Below, piece after piece: positions 14,059 through 25,288 of a stretch of 55,166 nt of DNA. Position numbers and translations under genes: made by a program. Numbering within the stretch: position 1 is the stretch's first letter; each line of letters begins with the position of its first letter. Under the pieces are notes generated by a model that was given only the letters and a program-made list of their open reading frames with translations, was not told the DNA's origin and did not search any database. This DNA comes from Enoplolaimus lenunculus. Lineage: Eukaryota. The stretch covers positions 558,001 to 613,166 of the forward strand of contig JASANG010001329.1 in NCBI GenBank assembly GCA_030248215.1, in the 5' to 3' direction.

Positions 14059-14329
14059 CAGCGGCGGTTCCAGAATTTTCTGTATGGGTGGCTGCTCAAT
14101 GTTTTGAAAAGCATTATTTTACCAAAAAATTTCTGAGGGGAAATATGTAAGGTAGGGATCTGACCATTTTGTCACAAAAAATTTCTGAGGGAACATATTG
14201 TATGGTAGGGACCTTATAATTTTATCCCAAAAAAATTTCTGAGGGGGAAAGTGTAAGAGACCTTACCATTTTATAACAAAAATTGCTGACAGGGAGACGT
14301 ACGCCCGCCCAACTCTGGACCCGCTAGTG
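14059..14329. mobile_element. hAT-like MITE with internal ~55-bp subrepeats
   Basis: TIR cagcggcggttccaga / tctggacccgctagtg; TSD cccgcttc/cctgcttt (6 of 8); repeated aaaaatttctgaggg blocks. Confidence 0.7.
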
Positions 14330-14517
14330 CCTGCTTTCTCACTAGACCGTAAGAGCATGCTTAAATGTTAGACTGTTTTACTTGTGCTCAACTTAAGCTT
14401 TATTTTAGACAGGTGTTTAGTACGCTGAGGACCCTAAAACTTTAGGAATATGCTTTGGTGCTAACTTTGGTAAAAGTAAATATTGGTCCAAATTTTTATG
14501 ACCCGCTCTAGTCTAAA

Positions 14518-14772
14518 TCTTTATCACATGAATATTTTCTATTTAGCCTGAGACCTACTTTTATGCAGGATTCGAACTCCAGTGACTGGAGTGGGAGGCG
14601 TTCACCATCACCTATAGGAGCTTGACGCTCGAGCCCGAGGGGGCTCTCACGTCTTGTGGTGATTTAGTACTATGTATACGTGTTGCAATTGTTAAACACT
14701 GTGCGATATATACAATTTAACGTATAGTACACTGCGCTGAGTTGCTCATAGTCAACTCTATGCGAGAAGGGG
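14518..14772 (-). mobile_element. Same TTAA/tRNA-like family, tandem neighbour
   Basis: Near-identical to 14804-15065; left terminus degenerate. Confidence 0.8.
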
Positions 14773-14803
14773 TTAGATAGTTAACTGAAAAATTTTCGCT
14801 TAA

Positions 14804-15065
14804 CCCTTTATCACATGAACATTTTCTATTTCATCTGATACCTACTTTTATGCTAGGATTTGAACACCAGTGATTGGAGTGGGAGGCGTTCACCATCACC
14901 ACTCAGCTATAGGAGCTTGACGCTCGAGCCAGAGGGGCTCTCACGTCTTGTGGTGATTTAGTACTATGTATACGTGTTACAATTGTTAAACACGGTGCGA
15001 TATATACTATTTAACGTATATACACTGCACTGAGTTGCTCATAGTCAACTCTATCGGAGAAGGGG
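14804..15065 (-). mobile_element. TTAA-flanked piggyBac-like MITE carrying an internal tRNA-like module
   Basis: TTAA on both flanks (14800-14803, 15066-15069); imperfect TIR ccctttatcacat / atcggagaagggg. On the minus strand it has an A box TAGCTGAGTGG, GCCTCCCAC and a B box GTTCAAATCC. Confidence 0.8.
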
Positions 15066-15614
15066 TTAAATTTCAAGTTTTTAAGTCTTGAAAATATCAA
15101 AATATACACGTTCACGTCTGGTGACCTATGGATGGACTACTGCGGAACCAAATATGTATTATTTTCAACAGTTCACAAAACTATAATTCTTTCATGTATT
15201 ACTGTAAAACAGCGGCGCGCTGAGTTGAATTGCGTCATTTTTGTGTTGGATGACTGGGGTACGATTTTTCAACTGCTTTTGATTAAAAATAAAAATTCAA
15301 TCCCATCAAACGAATGAAGCTGCTTATTGTCTAAACGGAATAACTTTTAGCTGAGTGTGAGTAGTAGCGCCGCGGCACTGCTATTACGGCTCGGTTTTTA
15401 AGTTACACTGCAGACATTTTATTGCTCACATGCAAAATATATACTGAATAAGTTAGTGCTGCAGTAATTATTTAGACCGTTCATCACTGGTTCCATGATA
15501 TTTTTAGATGGAAAGCAACGAACACGACAACAACAACTTAATTCTTTATCAGCAAATGGATTATTGGAAATGGGGCACATGTGAATAAATGACTAAACAA
15601 AAGCACAATTATAA

Positions 15615-15790
15615 GGGCTGCGTTATACTTTATTGTGGCGGGCGCCACCATGCGGCGCTATGCGTTGCCAACAAAAATATAGGCAAAATCTAATTGGTGA
15701 CGCGCAATAATTTTTGATAAACAAATTTTATCGTGCCGCACGCCAGCGTGGCATGGCGTCCGACGGTGCACGGTGAATATAGCGCAACCC
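15615..15790. mobile_element. PIF/Harbinger (Tourist)-like MITE downstream of the STOX stop codon
   Basis: taa-gggctgcgttata ... tatagcgcaaccc-tta: 13-bp imperfect TIR with TWA flanks. Confidence 0.65.
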
Positions 15791-16453
15791 TTACCCTTCT
15801 GTATTTAAGGGTACATTTAGTGGTCTGTAACTTAATATGAAACGTTGATTTTACTTGTTTTAGCCAGATTCTCCAACACAAATTTAATGGACAAACCAAT
15901 TACAAGCGGATATTGTCGTCTTGTTAACTAACACAACTTGTGCGCAAAATTGATATACGAACATGCACAGAATAGGTACTAAAAATTATTGAACTCAAGG
16001 CCTACGCTAAGTAACAGCTTAGGTACACGGCAACGTGTAGGCTGATTCATGGTTAGTATTCGAGACCTGCTTTATAAACGGTTCAAATATAAATCAGAAA
16101 ACTAACAACAACAGTTTACCACAATTATACAACTCGGATACCAAAAGCTCGTAGAGGAATGTTCACATATACACACAAATATATATTATAAACGCGCATG
16201 CTAAAGTTAAAAGTAAGTAATATACGGTATTTGCCAAAAGTACAATCCATCGCTAGAGACATTTGCAATAAAATATACTACAAATTTCTTTTTAAACACA
16301 TTCGAACATTATCATACGCATCTTGTACGCCTCCACGCACTGAAAGTTAAGGCTTCAGCTCGAATTTTGGCAAAGCCTTAGGTTTATAGGCATGTAGTAA
16401 CAAATGTATGCCTTCTATAAGTCTATGTGAAGAACGACAGAACCAATTACTAC

Positions 16454-19400
16454 TCACAGAGGCGATTCATACGCAGTCTTATGAATGAGGCTAATGTTAG
16501 CACAGTTTCGTTCAAACAGCAAACGGCCTGGAGTCAGATTATTGCCAAACATGCAACTACGAAAGTTTGTAACCTCTTCATCATTGTTTACATCGTTTGC
16601 TGTAATATTTTCAAACCGGGTCGACTCTAAATTATACAGGTCCCCACTCAACTGGTCATATACCTCATCCCCAGGTCCGTCTTCGCTAGATCTTCTGCGA
16701 CCGCTTCCACGTCGTAGCGATACATTTTCATAAGTGTGATTAGTATCACCAACGCTCGACATATCGTTAGCATAAATATGGTGCTGTCGATCACAATTAT
16801 TATACGCGTCATCGTAATTCGCACATATTCCTGTACTGCTACATTTCTTTTCGCTCGCAAGAAGTTGCTCTTGGAGCCTTCGTTTCAGTGGTGACGATTT
16901 TTCTGACTGAACTCGATGACCATCAACAAAATAAGGGCTAGACATTTTCTGCGTTGGACTAGTCGGAACACTGTTACTCCCACTTGTAGGACGTACAGCG
17001 CGGCCATTATGATCCGATCCGAGTTCTCTTCTTGGCATATTAATATACGTTGCATCTTCGTTGACCAAATACCCTCTTCTAGTATCGTGACCATCTTGAG
17101 AAACGTTAGATCCACTAATATTGTTCGCTACAACATCATCATTTTTAACGGGTTCCGATGATTGCCCTCCAAGCCCGGAACTGCCAGAGTACGAGTTTTG
17201 CGTTTCGCTACCGGTATCGTGATCTGGCTTGCGACAAATTTCGTTTTGTGTTTTGCTACTACGACTGCTATTCGATGACGTCGTTGGATCACTAGCGCTT
17301 CCACTGGCCGGCCATAGCTGAACTGGAGAATTGCTTATCGCCGAATCACGGGATAGTGTTGCAGTTGGCGATAGGTGCCCAGGTTTAGCTGTTGCCCCTC
17401 GCCGTTGTACCGGGGACGGTTGAGTGTACAAATGCGGATGTGGAATAATATACGAAACTTCGTTTTTATCTTTTGAATCGTTGGAAATTGAATTTTTGGC
17501 GAAATTCATACTTTTGACAACATTTGTTTGAGGTGCGTTACCGTGAGCACAAACGGGTGAACTCCGAACTGGAAGATTTGATAGTGGTTCAACAGGTTGC
17601 GTCGAACAATGCAGCCTGGAACCCCTGGAAGCGGCAGTGATTGTTGAAGCTACACCACAGCAGGTTCTGATGGAATTAACCTCTCCTGTAGACGAAGCAA
17701 TACTGCAAGCGACATTATATCCAGTGCACGTCATTTTCGATGGTGATATCACAGGATTTCGAGCTACAGGCTGAGTCCTATCATTACCAATTGAGTCAAA
17801 GTTCGAAAACACCACTTGAGGGGCTTGAGTTAAAGGTAAATCGGCAAACTGTAGATTAGACAACGAACCAGGTTTAGCACAATCATTGTCATCCTGGATT
17901 TGAATCATATCGTCAGCGCCAATGACTTGTTCAGGACTAGATAGCACCACTGTATTCATATCAACTGGTCCCACTATGCCTTTAGTGCCCCACACCACGT
18001 TACCAGGTCGTGGGACAGAGTAACGGTACTCAAACTGTTTACCAACGAGGGTATCACACAATCTGTAATGATTCCTGGGCAGCCGTAAGTCCCCACTAAA
18101 ACCGCGACAAGTTTCCAATGACCGAAAATGTGCCGCCGTTTCATACGTGAGTGCACAATCCCCACAATTCCACAACCGGTGTTTTATGCATATGAACGAT
18201 CGGAAGGATTGAGGTTGATTTTTACTACACATGTCCAACGTTTCGTCAGCGCTCATACCACATCCACCTGTTTTTCGGACGTCGCTGTTGAAATTAGTAT
18301 TTCGAGCCTGTCTACCGCTAGCTTCCGCAGCCAAATTGCTTCCGATATGACTATCCTGACCAGATGCCTGTTTAGTTTTGACAATATCAGCATTAGGACG
18401 ACAGACCACAACTTTGCCACCGCCATCAGCAGTCAAGTAATTAATCGAAGATTTATAACCTCGACGTCGCTGTATCGAAGCCCGAGCTGTCACCGGAATA
18501 TCCGGCTCAAAATATTTACGACCAACCCCAGCCAAGCATTCAGAACTGCTGCTCAAATACTTTGTCATTGCACGACGACTAGAATTATTTCCGACGCATT
18601 TTTTGACACCATGCCCTGGAGTACGCCGTAATTCACGTTGCTGAGACCGAGCATTGCCTTTATAACGTTCGTTTGAACTGCTGTTTCCTACGCTGGCTTT
18701 AACGCAAGCAGCAGTAACTGACGTTAACGGAGCGTTAAAATTTGCACCACTAAAATCATGCCTTGCTCGTAGTTCGTTTTCGTCAAGATAGCCGGATGCA
18801 TATGCAGGATATGCAAGCATGCCATGGACACTTAACGGATTACTTGGATCCAAGAATCCATCGCGGGGACCGAAATAACCAGGTAACGAAAACAATGGGT
18901 TATTGTGCGACACATCTGGTCTTGAATCCCGTGACGAACACCTCGCCGTAGAGTTCGTCTCTGAAGCCAATGCACAACCAGCACGATTATTGCCGTCACC
19001 GAAGTTGACCAAATTCAGTCTGCGAGTGCTGCGTGCTTCGCAATACGTGCGGCCTGCAGCAGCTGTGGAGACTACTGGCTTGCATTGAGATGATAGTAGT
19101 TGTTGATACGCTGCCGATCTTGGTAGACTACTTGCACACCAAAGTCCTGTACTAGCCTCACCTATCAGATCATGACCATGCAGCAACCATTCTGTTGGTG
19201 GAAATTGTGCCGAAAACGTTGCTCGTTGAACGGACGACTGCAGTTGTGTCGCTGCCGGATTTAAACCATCCTTATCACCAGCTTTGCACGTGTCTTCTTT
19301 TTTCATTACAGTATTTGCCACCGTACGATTTTGACACTTTCCATGGTCGTTGTTGGTATTTTCGCGCTTGCATCCAGACGGATTATCGCAGTTACGACTA

Positions 19401-19782
19401 GTTTTCACCTTTTCGCGTTTTAATTTATTCTCATCGTTAGCGCTGACTGCATCTTTTGCCTTCAACACCACTCGGGCATTTTTTCGTGCACGATCCAAGC
19501 TCGCTGCTTCAGTAGTTTTTTGCTTCATAGCCACGATGCCACGTGTCTGCTCATTGGGACAGATTTCGTCGGCAAAATTTCCAGACGGTTTTTTGAGCGA
19601 ATTTTGATTTTCAAATGATTTACTGCTGCTCAGCGCTGTTGTAGCTGCTGATTTGGTGGCAGCATCAGCGTCGCCGACCAGCTCGTCATGAATCGATTTC
19701 GATTTCGGTGGTTTACGTTTGAATATACGATGAAACAGCGGCTGGGTCACCGTTTTTTTCTTGACGGCACAACTTTCCGTTT
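16454..19782 (-). CDS. STOX: Storkhead-box protein, large terminal exon 4
   Basis: Acceptor tatttcag|AA completes G+AA (Glu) in the frame of the 1136-aa ORF. Contains FSAQFPPTEW, matching the conserved STOX FSAQFPPEEW motif. TGA stop at 16456-16454. The four exons sum to 4104 nt, or 1367 aa plus stop. Confidence 0.9.
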
Positions 19783-19789
19783 CTGAAAT

Positions 19790-19863
19790 AACAACAACAA
19801 CAACAGTAACAACAACAACAACAACAACAACAACCAACAACAACAACAACAAACTCAACAACA
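19790..19863. repeat. (AAC)n microsatellite abutting the exon 4 acceptor
   Basis: Imperfect AAC run, read directly. On the sense strand it reads (GTT)n in the position of the polypyrimidine tract. Confidence 0.95.
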
Positions 19864-20400
19864 TGTTCCTTTCAAAATGACTATCAGAAATAACAATACA
19901 TAAATAGTACTACTACACTGAGTTGGATCCGGTAAAGAATTTAATAACACAACCCGCACTTTGTTTGTGAAAAACTGTTACCAGCGCGTGTACTTGCGGT
20001 TAAACGCTCAAGCGGCATCAAGCATAGGTATTAACAGGATATAATAATTAACGTAATCGTAATAAGAATGTATGACAGAGAGTATAACACTCCACCATTT
20101 TACGCTCAATCAGGTCGCATCACGCGGTTTTAAAGTTGCCGTATCCATCACTGATTGTTAAGGTGGGCATTAACTATGTACGCACCCAAGGATTTACTAA
20201 TAAAGCATCATCAAAAACTATAATCAGCCACGCGATTTAACCGTATACCTTTTTAAGACTATGACATACCCCCTTCTCAATCATTGTGGGAGTAAGAATA
20301 TATACTGCCTTGCCTGTGTGATGCTACACTGCACTAATATGTGATTCGCGTGAAACGGTGAACTGTATAAACGTATTGATCTGTTAATTCTAAAAAGCAT

Positions 20401-20759
20401 CAGGGTACAACCGGAGGTCTGCCTCCGGCTCCGGCAGAAAATCGGCCTCCGGATCCGGTAGAATTTTTGCCGGAGGTTCCAGCAACTTCGGTAGTAAAAT
20501 TTTGCATATTAATTTTGCAAAATTTATCTGTTTAGCGTGTTTCGTTTTACTTTTGGCAAATTTTTTCGGGGAAAAATTTCCGAATTTCGCAGAAAATTAG
20601 CGTAAAGCCAAATAACTTAACTACATATTGCAGATATTGGCTAAAATTAACTAATTAACCATCATTTATATTACCTGATTTCGCCTCACCTCCGGCTTCG
20701 GCAACTTTCGTTGACCTCCGGTTCCGGCTCCGGTAGTTTTCACCTCCGGTTGCACCCTG
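20401..20759. mobile_element. hAT-like MITE in STOX intron 3
   Basis: TIR cagggt(a/g)caaccggaggt; TSD aaaagcat/ataagcat (7 of 8). Homologous to 13319-13673. Confidence 0.9.
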
Positions 20760-20774
20760 ATAAGCATATATTAC

Positions 20775-21103
20775 CTGATGGCCCAACACCGTCTTTATTA
20801 TTCCTTGTCGATGGGCAATTCGCTTGATGGCAAACCGTTTCAACTAAACAGTCAATTTTTCGCTGTTTATCACTATCAGAAACACCTGTGCTGCCATTCA
20901 CAACAGAATCTTTGCTTGTCGACGCTTTGCAACATAGAGATTTTGCATTAATGTCACAATTGTCGTTATTAAAATTAGTTGGTTTCGCTTCACGACTAGA
21001 TGCGAGATCATTATTCGAAAATGACAAAGGTTTGCTTTTTACCGGAGGTGCAGCGTTCACAACACTCGCTCCAGTTTGGCACTCACGAGAACACATTTCT
21101 GCC
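20775..21103 (-). CDS. STOX: Storkhead-box protein, exon 3 (low complexity)
   Basis: Acceptor gtcgtttcag|G completes AG+G (Arg) in the frame of ORF 20740..21117. Donor TCAG|gtaata is phase 1, compatible with exon 4. Confidence 0.8.
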
Positions 21104-21113
21104 CTGAAACGAC

Positions 21114-21177
21114 GCAAACGCTACTGTTAGGAAGCTATCAAACAAGCAAACGCTACTGTTAGGAAGCTATCAAACAA
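21114..21177. repeat. Perfect 32-bp tandem duplication next to the exon 3 acceptor
   Basis: gcaaacgctactgttaggaagctatcaaacaa x2 (21114-21145, 21146-21177). Confidence 0.95.
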
Positions 21178-23031
21178 GTCAACTTTGACTCAATTTATAG
21201 CAGTCCAAAAGTGTAAGTCGTCCGTTCATATAACGATTAACTCACAGCTTTCCCTCGTTGTCTACGACCAAACTTTTTTCTTACTTTTAGATAACTTGAT
21301 GATTCAAACGTTGCCATCAAATTCAAATGTTACTGGTACACAAATGCACTCAACTCTGACGGTGACCACTGCTTGTATTCTTAATTGCATCATATTTTCA
21401 CGTAATATTTCATTTCCCTCAAGCACGTCATTCATTACCAAAAATCTATTATTGGAAGTATTTGGCTGACATCACAATAAAACTAACTAAAAAGTCTGCA
21501 ACGTTTTTGATTCAAATCAAACATCTGACTTGCTGTCATACAGTCAAAAAAAACAACATTAATTCAATAACCCAACTTGACAACTATTAAAAATGTAAAC
21601 AGTATATATACCTATATAACCGAAAAAGGTTACGTAAAAAACTATTAAAAACACTAAAACTACAAAGATAGGCCTGGCATCAGCAACCAGTCTAATCCAT
21701 AAAACTATAGCCTTTGTTTTCAATAATTACCATCCTCACATCATCTCACAAGTGTGTATGCATACAGACTATTAAAATTCAATTTTTTTTACAAAATTTT
21801 TAAATTTTTTAACAAACCAACGTGTCATGATCGATTTGTATCGCAACCCAAATAGCATTCACTACAATTATCTAATCTAGCAACAATTGCTAAATCTAGT
21901 TGCCACGCAACTAAACAAACGATAGTTGCCACAAAATTAAATAAGATTCTCAGACAGCGCGGACACGACAGAGAGCACCTGCTACTCTAAGTATGTTAGA
22001 TTAGAAACGGCTCAAAAGTGGTATCTTGCTAATTTAGTAAATAATGCTTGCGTAAACATTTGGACCTTAGTTACTGAAGAAAATGTCATCGGAAAAACAG
22101 TACGCTTTTGTAGGTTGCAACTTGCAACTTTAATTGTTAACATATACTAATATACACTGCTGTCCTGGTTAAAATCACGTCGGCGCCAATGTTTTTAATG
22201 TTTTTTTCAGCAATTTCAAATTTTAAAAATTTTACAGCAACATTGACCAAACTGAACCTCATCGCATAACTCCGATATTTTTAATTCAACAGTTCTCGCA
22301 GCTCATATCTGACGCAAACAGTACGCAACAGATGCGTCTTATTATTGTCTATGAGGTTGGCCGCTTGCAAATTCTTAACTCCTTGTGACAGTTCAAAAAT
22401 TGTATTACGTCGGTTTCATATCGACGAAACGAAAGTATGAAAGTTTGAAGCTCAAACTATTAAAACACCCTCGACCGACAACTTATTTCCAGGTAACTTT
22501 TTTAATTTTAGCCGAAATGTTTGTCGTTCACAACAGCATAACAACATTGAGCCACAGATGGTTAGTTACAGAAAAAAGTTTTTATATTTTTATTGAACTA
22601 ACGACTATTTTTATTAAATAAACGAAAATCAGAACGTAGGAAAAACTTTAGGTTTTACTAACAGCTGACTTTTAATCCTTGAACATAGTACTTTGAGACA
22701 GTTAATTTTACCGACGTGGTTTAGTATTGCTGACACTGCCTTGCATGATATTTATAAATTACGGCAAGCAGCATACGTTAAACCATTTGCTGCTGCATCA
22801 GGGTTGTTGAACTGTTCGCAGTAGATGACACACCGCCGTTGAACTTTTTCACAAGTAGTCAGATATTTATTTATATTAACAATTATTCCGCGAATACCTT
22901 TATAACATGTTGCGTACTTACAACTTGCAAGCACCAAAACTCCGCAAAGAAACTACTCTATTCTATCAAGTTGAAACTAAATTAGCAGAGTATTGCAATT
23001 AAAATAGGGCTCGAATTTAAAATGATCTAAC

Positions 23032-23324
23032 CTTCCAGTAGTCTTTTTATTCAACAAAATCAAATTGTTTTGATGCAACGAACGATGCAAGCCACCACTA
23101 AGCAAAACACGATCTGATGTGCTGTCAACAGCGTAACGATTTTCCGATGGCGTTAGCGGTAAAAATTGACCGTACGGTGAAATGCCGTTAAATGATGGCA
23201 ACGGTGGCGGCATAGGACAGCTCGGCGACTGATACGGCAACACTGGTGGAATCAAGTAACCGTTTCCTGTTGAACATAGTCGGCCATCGGTGACAAGCGA
23301 TTCCAACGTTTGTAGTATAATTAC
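23032..23324 (-). CDS. STOX: Storkhead-box protein, exon 2 (C-terminal half of the winged helix plus Pro-rich linker)
   Basis: Acceptor ttttttactccacctattcag|GTAATT (phase 0). VIILQTLESLVTDGRLCSTGNGYLI matches the STOX pattern IL-x-x-TL-x-x-LV-x-[ED]-x-[KR]-[IL]-x-x-T-x-x-GY. Donor GGAAG|gttaga (phase 2). Confidence 0.88.
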
Positions 23325-24129
23325 CTGAATAGGTGGAGTAAAAAAATAAGTTAACAAAATAGTCAGATTTGTCAGAAGAAAAAATTTTCACCCAAACAAC
23401 GACTGATTTACGCTAGAGCACTGACAATACGAAGGCCAATTAGCAAATCGAGTTCTCACAGGGTGCGACCGGATATCCGAATTCGGTTTAATATCCGGTA
23501 AAAAACCAATATCCTGTATAAACATCCCAGATATCGGATTTTTACGACGGTCGCCGCGAATTTCATAAAACTGCTTTTTACAAGTGAACGTCTTAACATC
23601 TTGCTGCGATACAATTTCAGGGCAAGTCAAGAAGTTCAAGTTTTGGTACGCTGAAGTAAAAATAAAAAATCCCAAGTAACAATTAATTCTAATGAAGTAA
23701 ACAAAATATTTTGCTCGATTCAAACACTTCACACAGTGCTCAAGTTAAACATGTTATGTCGGTCAACATCTGGTTCCGATAAAAAACTTCACTATCCATA
23801 TCCAGTTCAGTATCCCGTATATTACTGTCCGGTGGCACATTGGCTATCAAATCATATAAATAAACAAGCAAAAAATGTCTGTATACTTCGAATATAGAGA
23901 TATTGGGCTGGCTTATTAGTGAGCAGTTTTTAGTAATTAATAAAGAAATACCATCAACTCAACCATTGCGTACATTCTCCAATGGGCATTCGGTCGCTAT
24001 ATGTAGATTTAATTTTAAAGCTCGGACTCAAGAGTTGCAAGAAATGGTTCTTTCGGTTCCTAAAAATAAATCTGGGGCCTGAAGTATAAAGACGTACAGA
24101 AGGGCTTGTAGCATGGCCCATACAGTTAA

Positions 24130-24297
24130 GAGTCGTGCTACAGCCACTTTGCCGTTCGGGCATAACTGTTCGACACACTTGAGGCATGGTTACCGCACGC
24201 CTCAGCGTTGCCATAAACCGTTTGATACACAGTTAATGCACTCTGCAGCGTGCCGTAACTGTGCTTCATGTGTGCCGAACGGCTATACCGCACGGTT
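24130..24297. mobile_element. Probable decayed Tourist-like MITE at the start of STOX intron 1
   Basis: GC-rich imperfect palindrome (gccgttcgggcata / tgtgccgaacggc) flanked by TAA and TTA. Confidence 0.45.
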
Positions 24298-24301
24298 TTA
24301 C

Positions 24302-24454
24302 CTTTCTTGGAATCGCCATATTCGCATACTGCTTTTTCATAACCGCAATAATATAGTCTATAGTTGCAATTTGTCCATGACTATTCAACGCTGCGATTAT
24401 AGAGCAAAGGGTTTCCGGCAACGAAAGGAAAACAGTACGCTGTGTGTCTTGCAT
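24302..24454 (-). CDS. STOX: Storkhead-box protein, first identified coding exon (N-terminal half of the winged-helix domain)
   Basis: Translation MQDTQRTVFLSLPETLCSIIAALNSHGQIATIDYIIAVMKKQYANMAIPRK resembles, from memory, the STOX1/2 motif M-x6-F-x-x-L-x-E-x-LC-x-x-I-x-x-[ML]N. It ends at AAG|GTAAAA (phase 0 donor at 24301-24300). The start (ATG at 24454) is uncertain, since upstream exons are possible. Confidence 0.85.
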
Positions 24455-25288
24455 ATGGTGGGTGGATTTACAGAAAACAATATATATATTTGCGGGCAAT
24501 AATATGTTTTATTAATTTAAATTATACATAACCTAAAAATACACAAATTGCAACGCGTAAAATAGACCAGTTATTGGCTATGTACTGTTCACAACACAGT
24601 TTTCAAAATTGTCCGATTTTGGCCTATCGTAGGCTTATGTTATGTTTTTGGATTGATTTTGTTTTACTTCCTACTCCGGCTAAATTTGTGCACGTCAGTT
24701 TGAGGTTTTTTTCACCTCCGGTTGTACTAAGATATCTAACATTACGTCTAACATAAGCTAAGCTACTGAAACGCAGATATCAATTACCTTTATTGCCGAC
24801 CACGAGACGAACACGTTGACGTACCTATTTAAAACGAGTAAAATATGATCCTAAGAATGCTATAATTATACAAAAACTTACAAACTTCAATATGAGACAA
24901 AGCATAAAACAACTAATGACAGGTAGTTCATGTATATTTTTGTTATCGACAAATAAAAACTGCACCCAGCTACAAACGCCTTAATCTGCAACCTGTAGGT
25001 ATATGTTACAAGTGTACCAGCGCGTGTCGTCGTTGCTTCAACTTCACGTCGCGTTTGGTCACGCATCCACAAACATTCTATATACATCAAATTTGACCTC
25101 AACATAAACATATATTTGTAAGCCAAATGAACGCTGGCCAACCATAGTTCAAATATGCTGCATGATACTCGTTCTAAAGCATTAAAACAGCCATTAAAAG
25201 CAATGAAATTCCCATTTAGAAAGCCAAATCACCACAATTTGTTGCCGCATAAAACACACAATTCAATTGCTTAATAAGTCAAATAATA

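Noticed and set aside
16427..19607. Short plus-strand and alternate-frame ORFs overlapping exon 4
   Set aside because: Shadow ORFs of a long, relatively GC-rich coding exon.
19783..19864. Signal peptide or transmembrane N-terminus (MLLSLLLLLLVVVV...) of the 1136-aa ORF
   Set aside because: It is the translation of an intronic (GTT)n microsatellite; a phase-compatible acceptor lies at 19784-19783.
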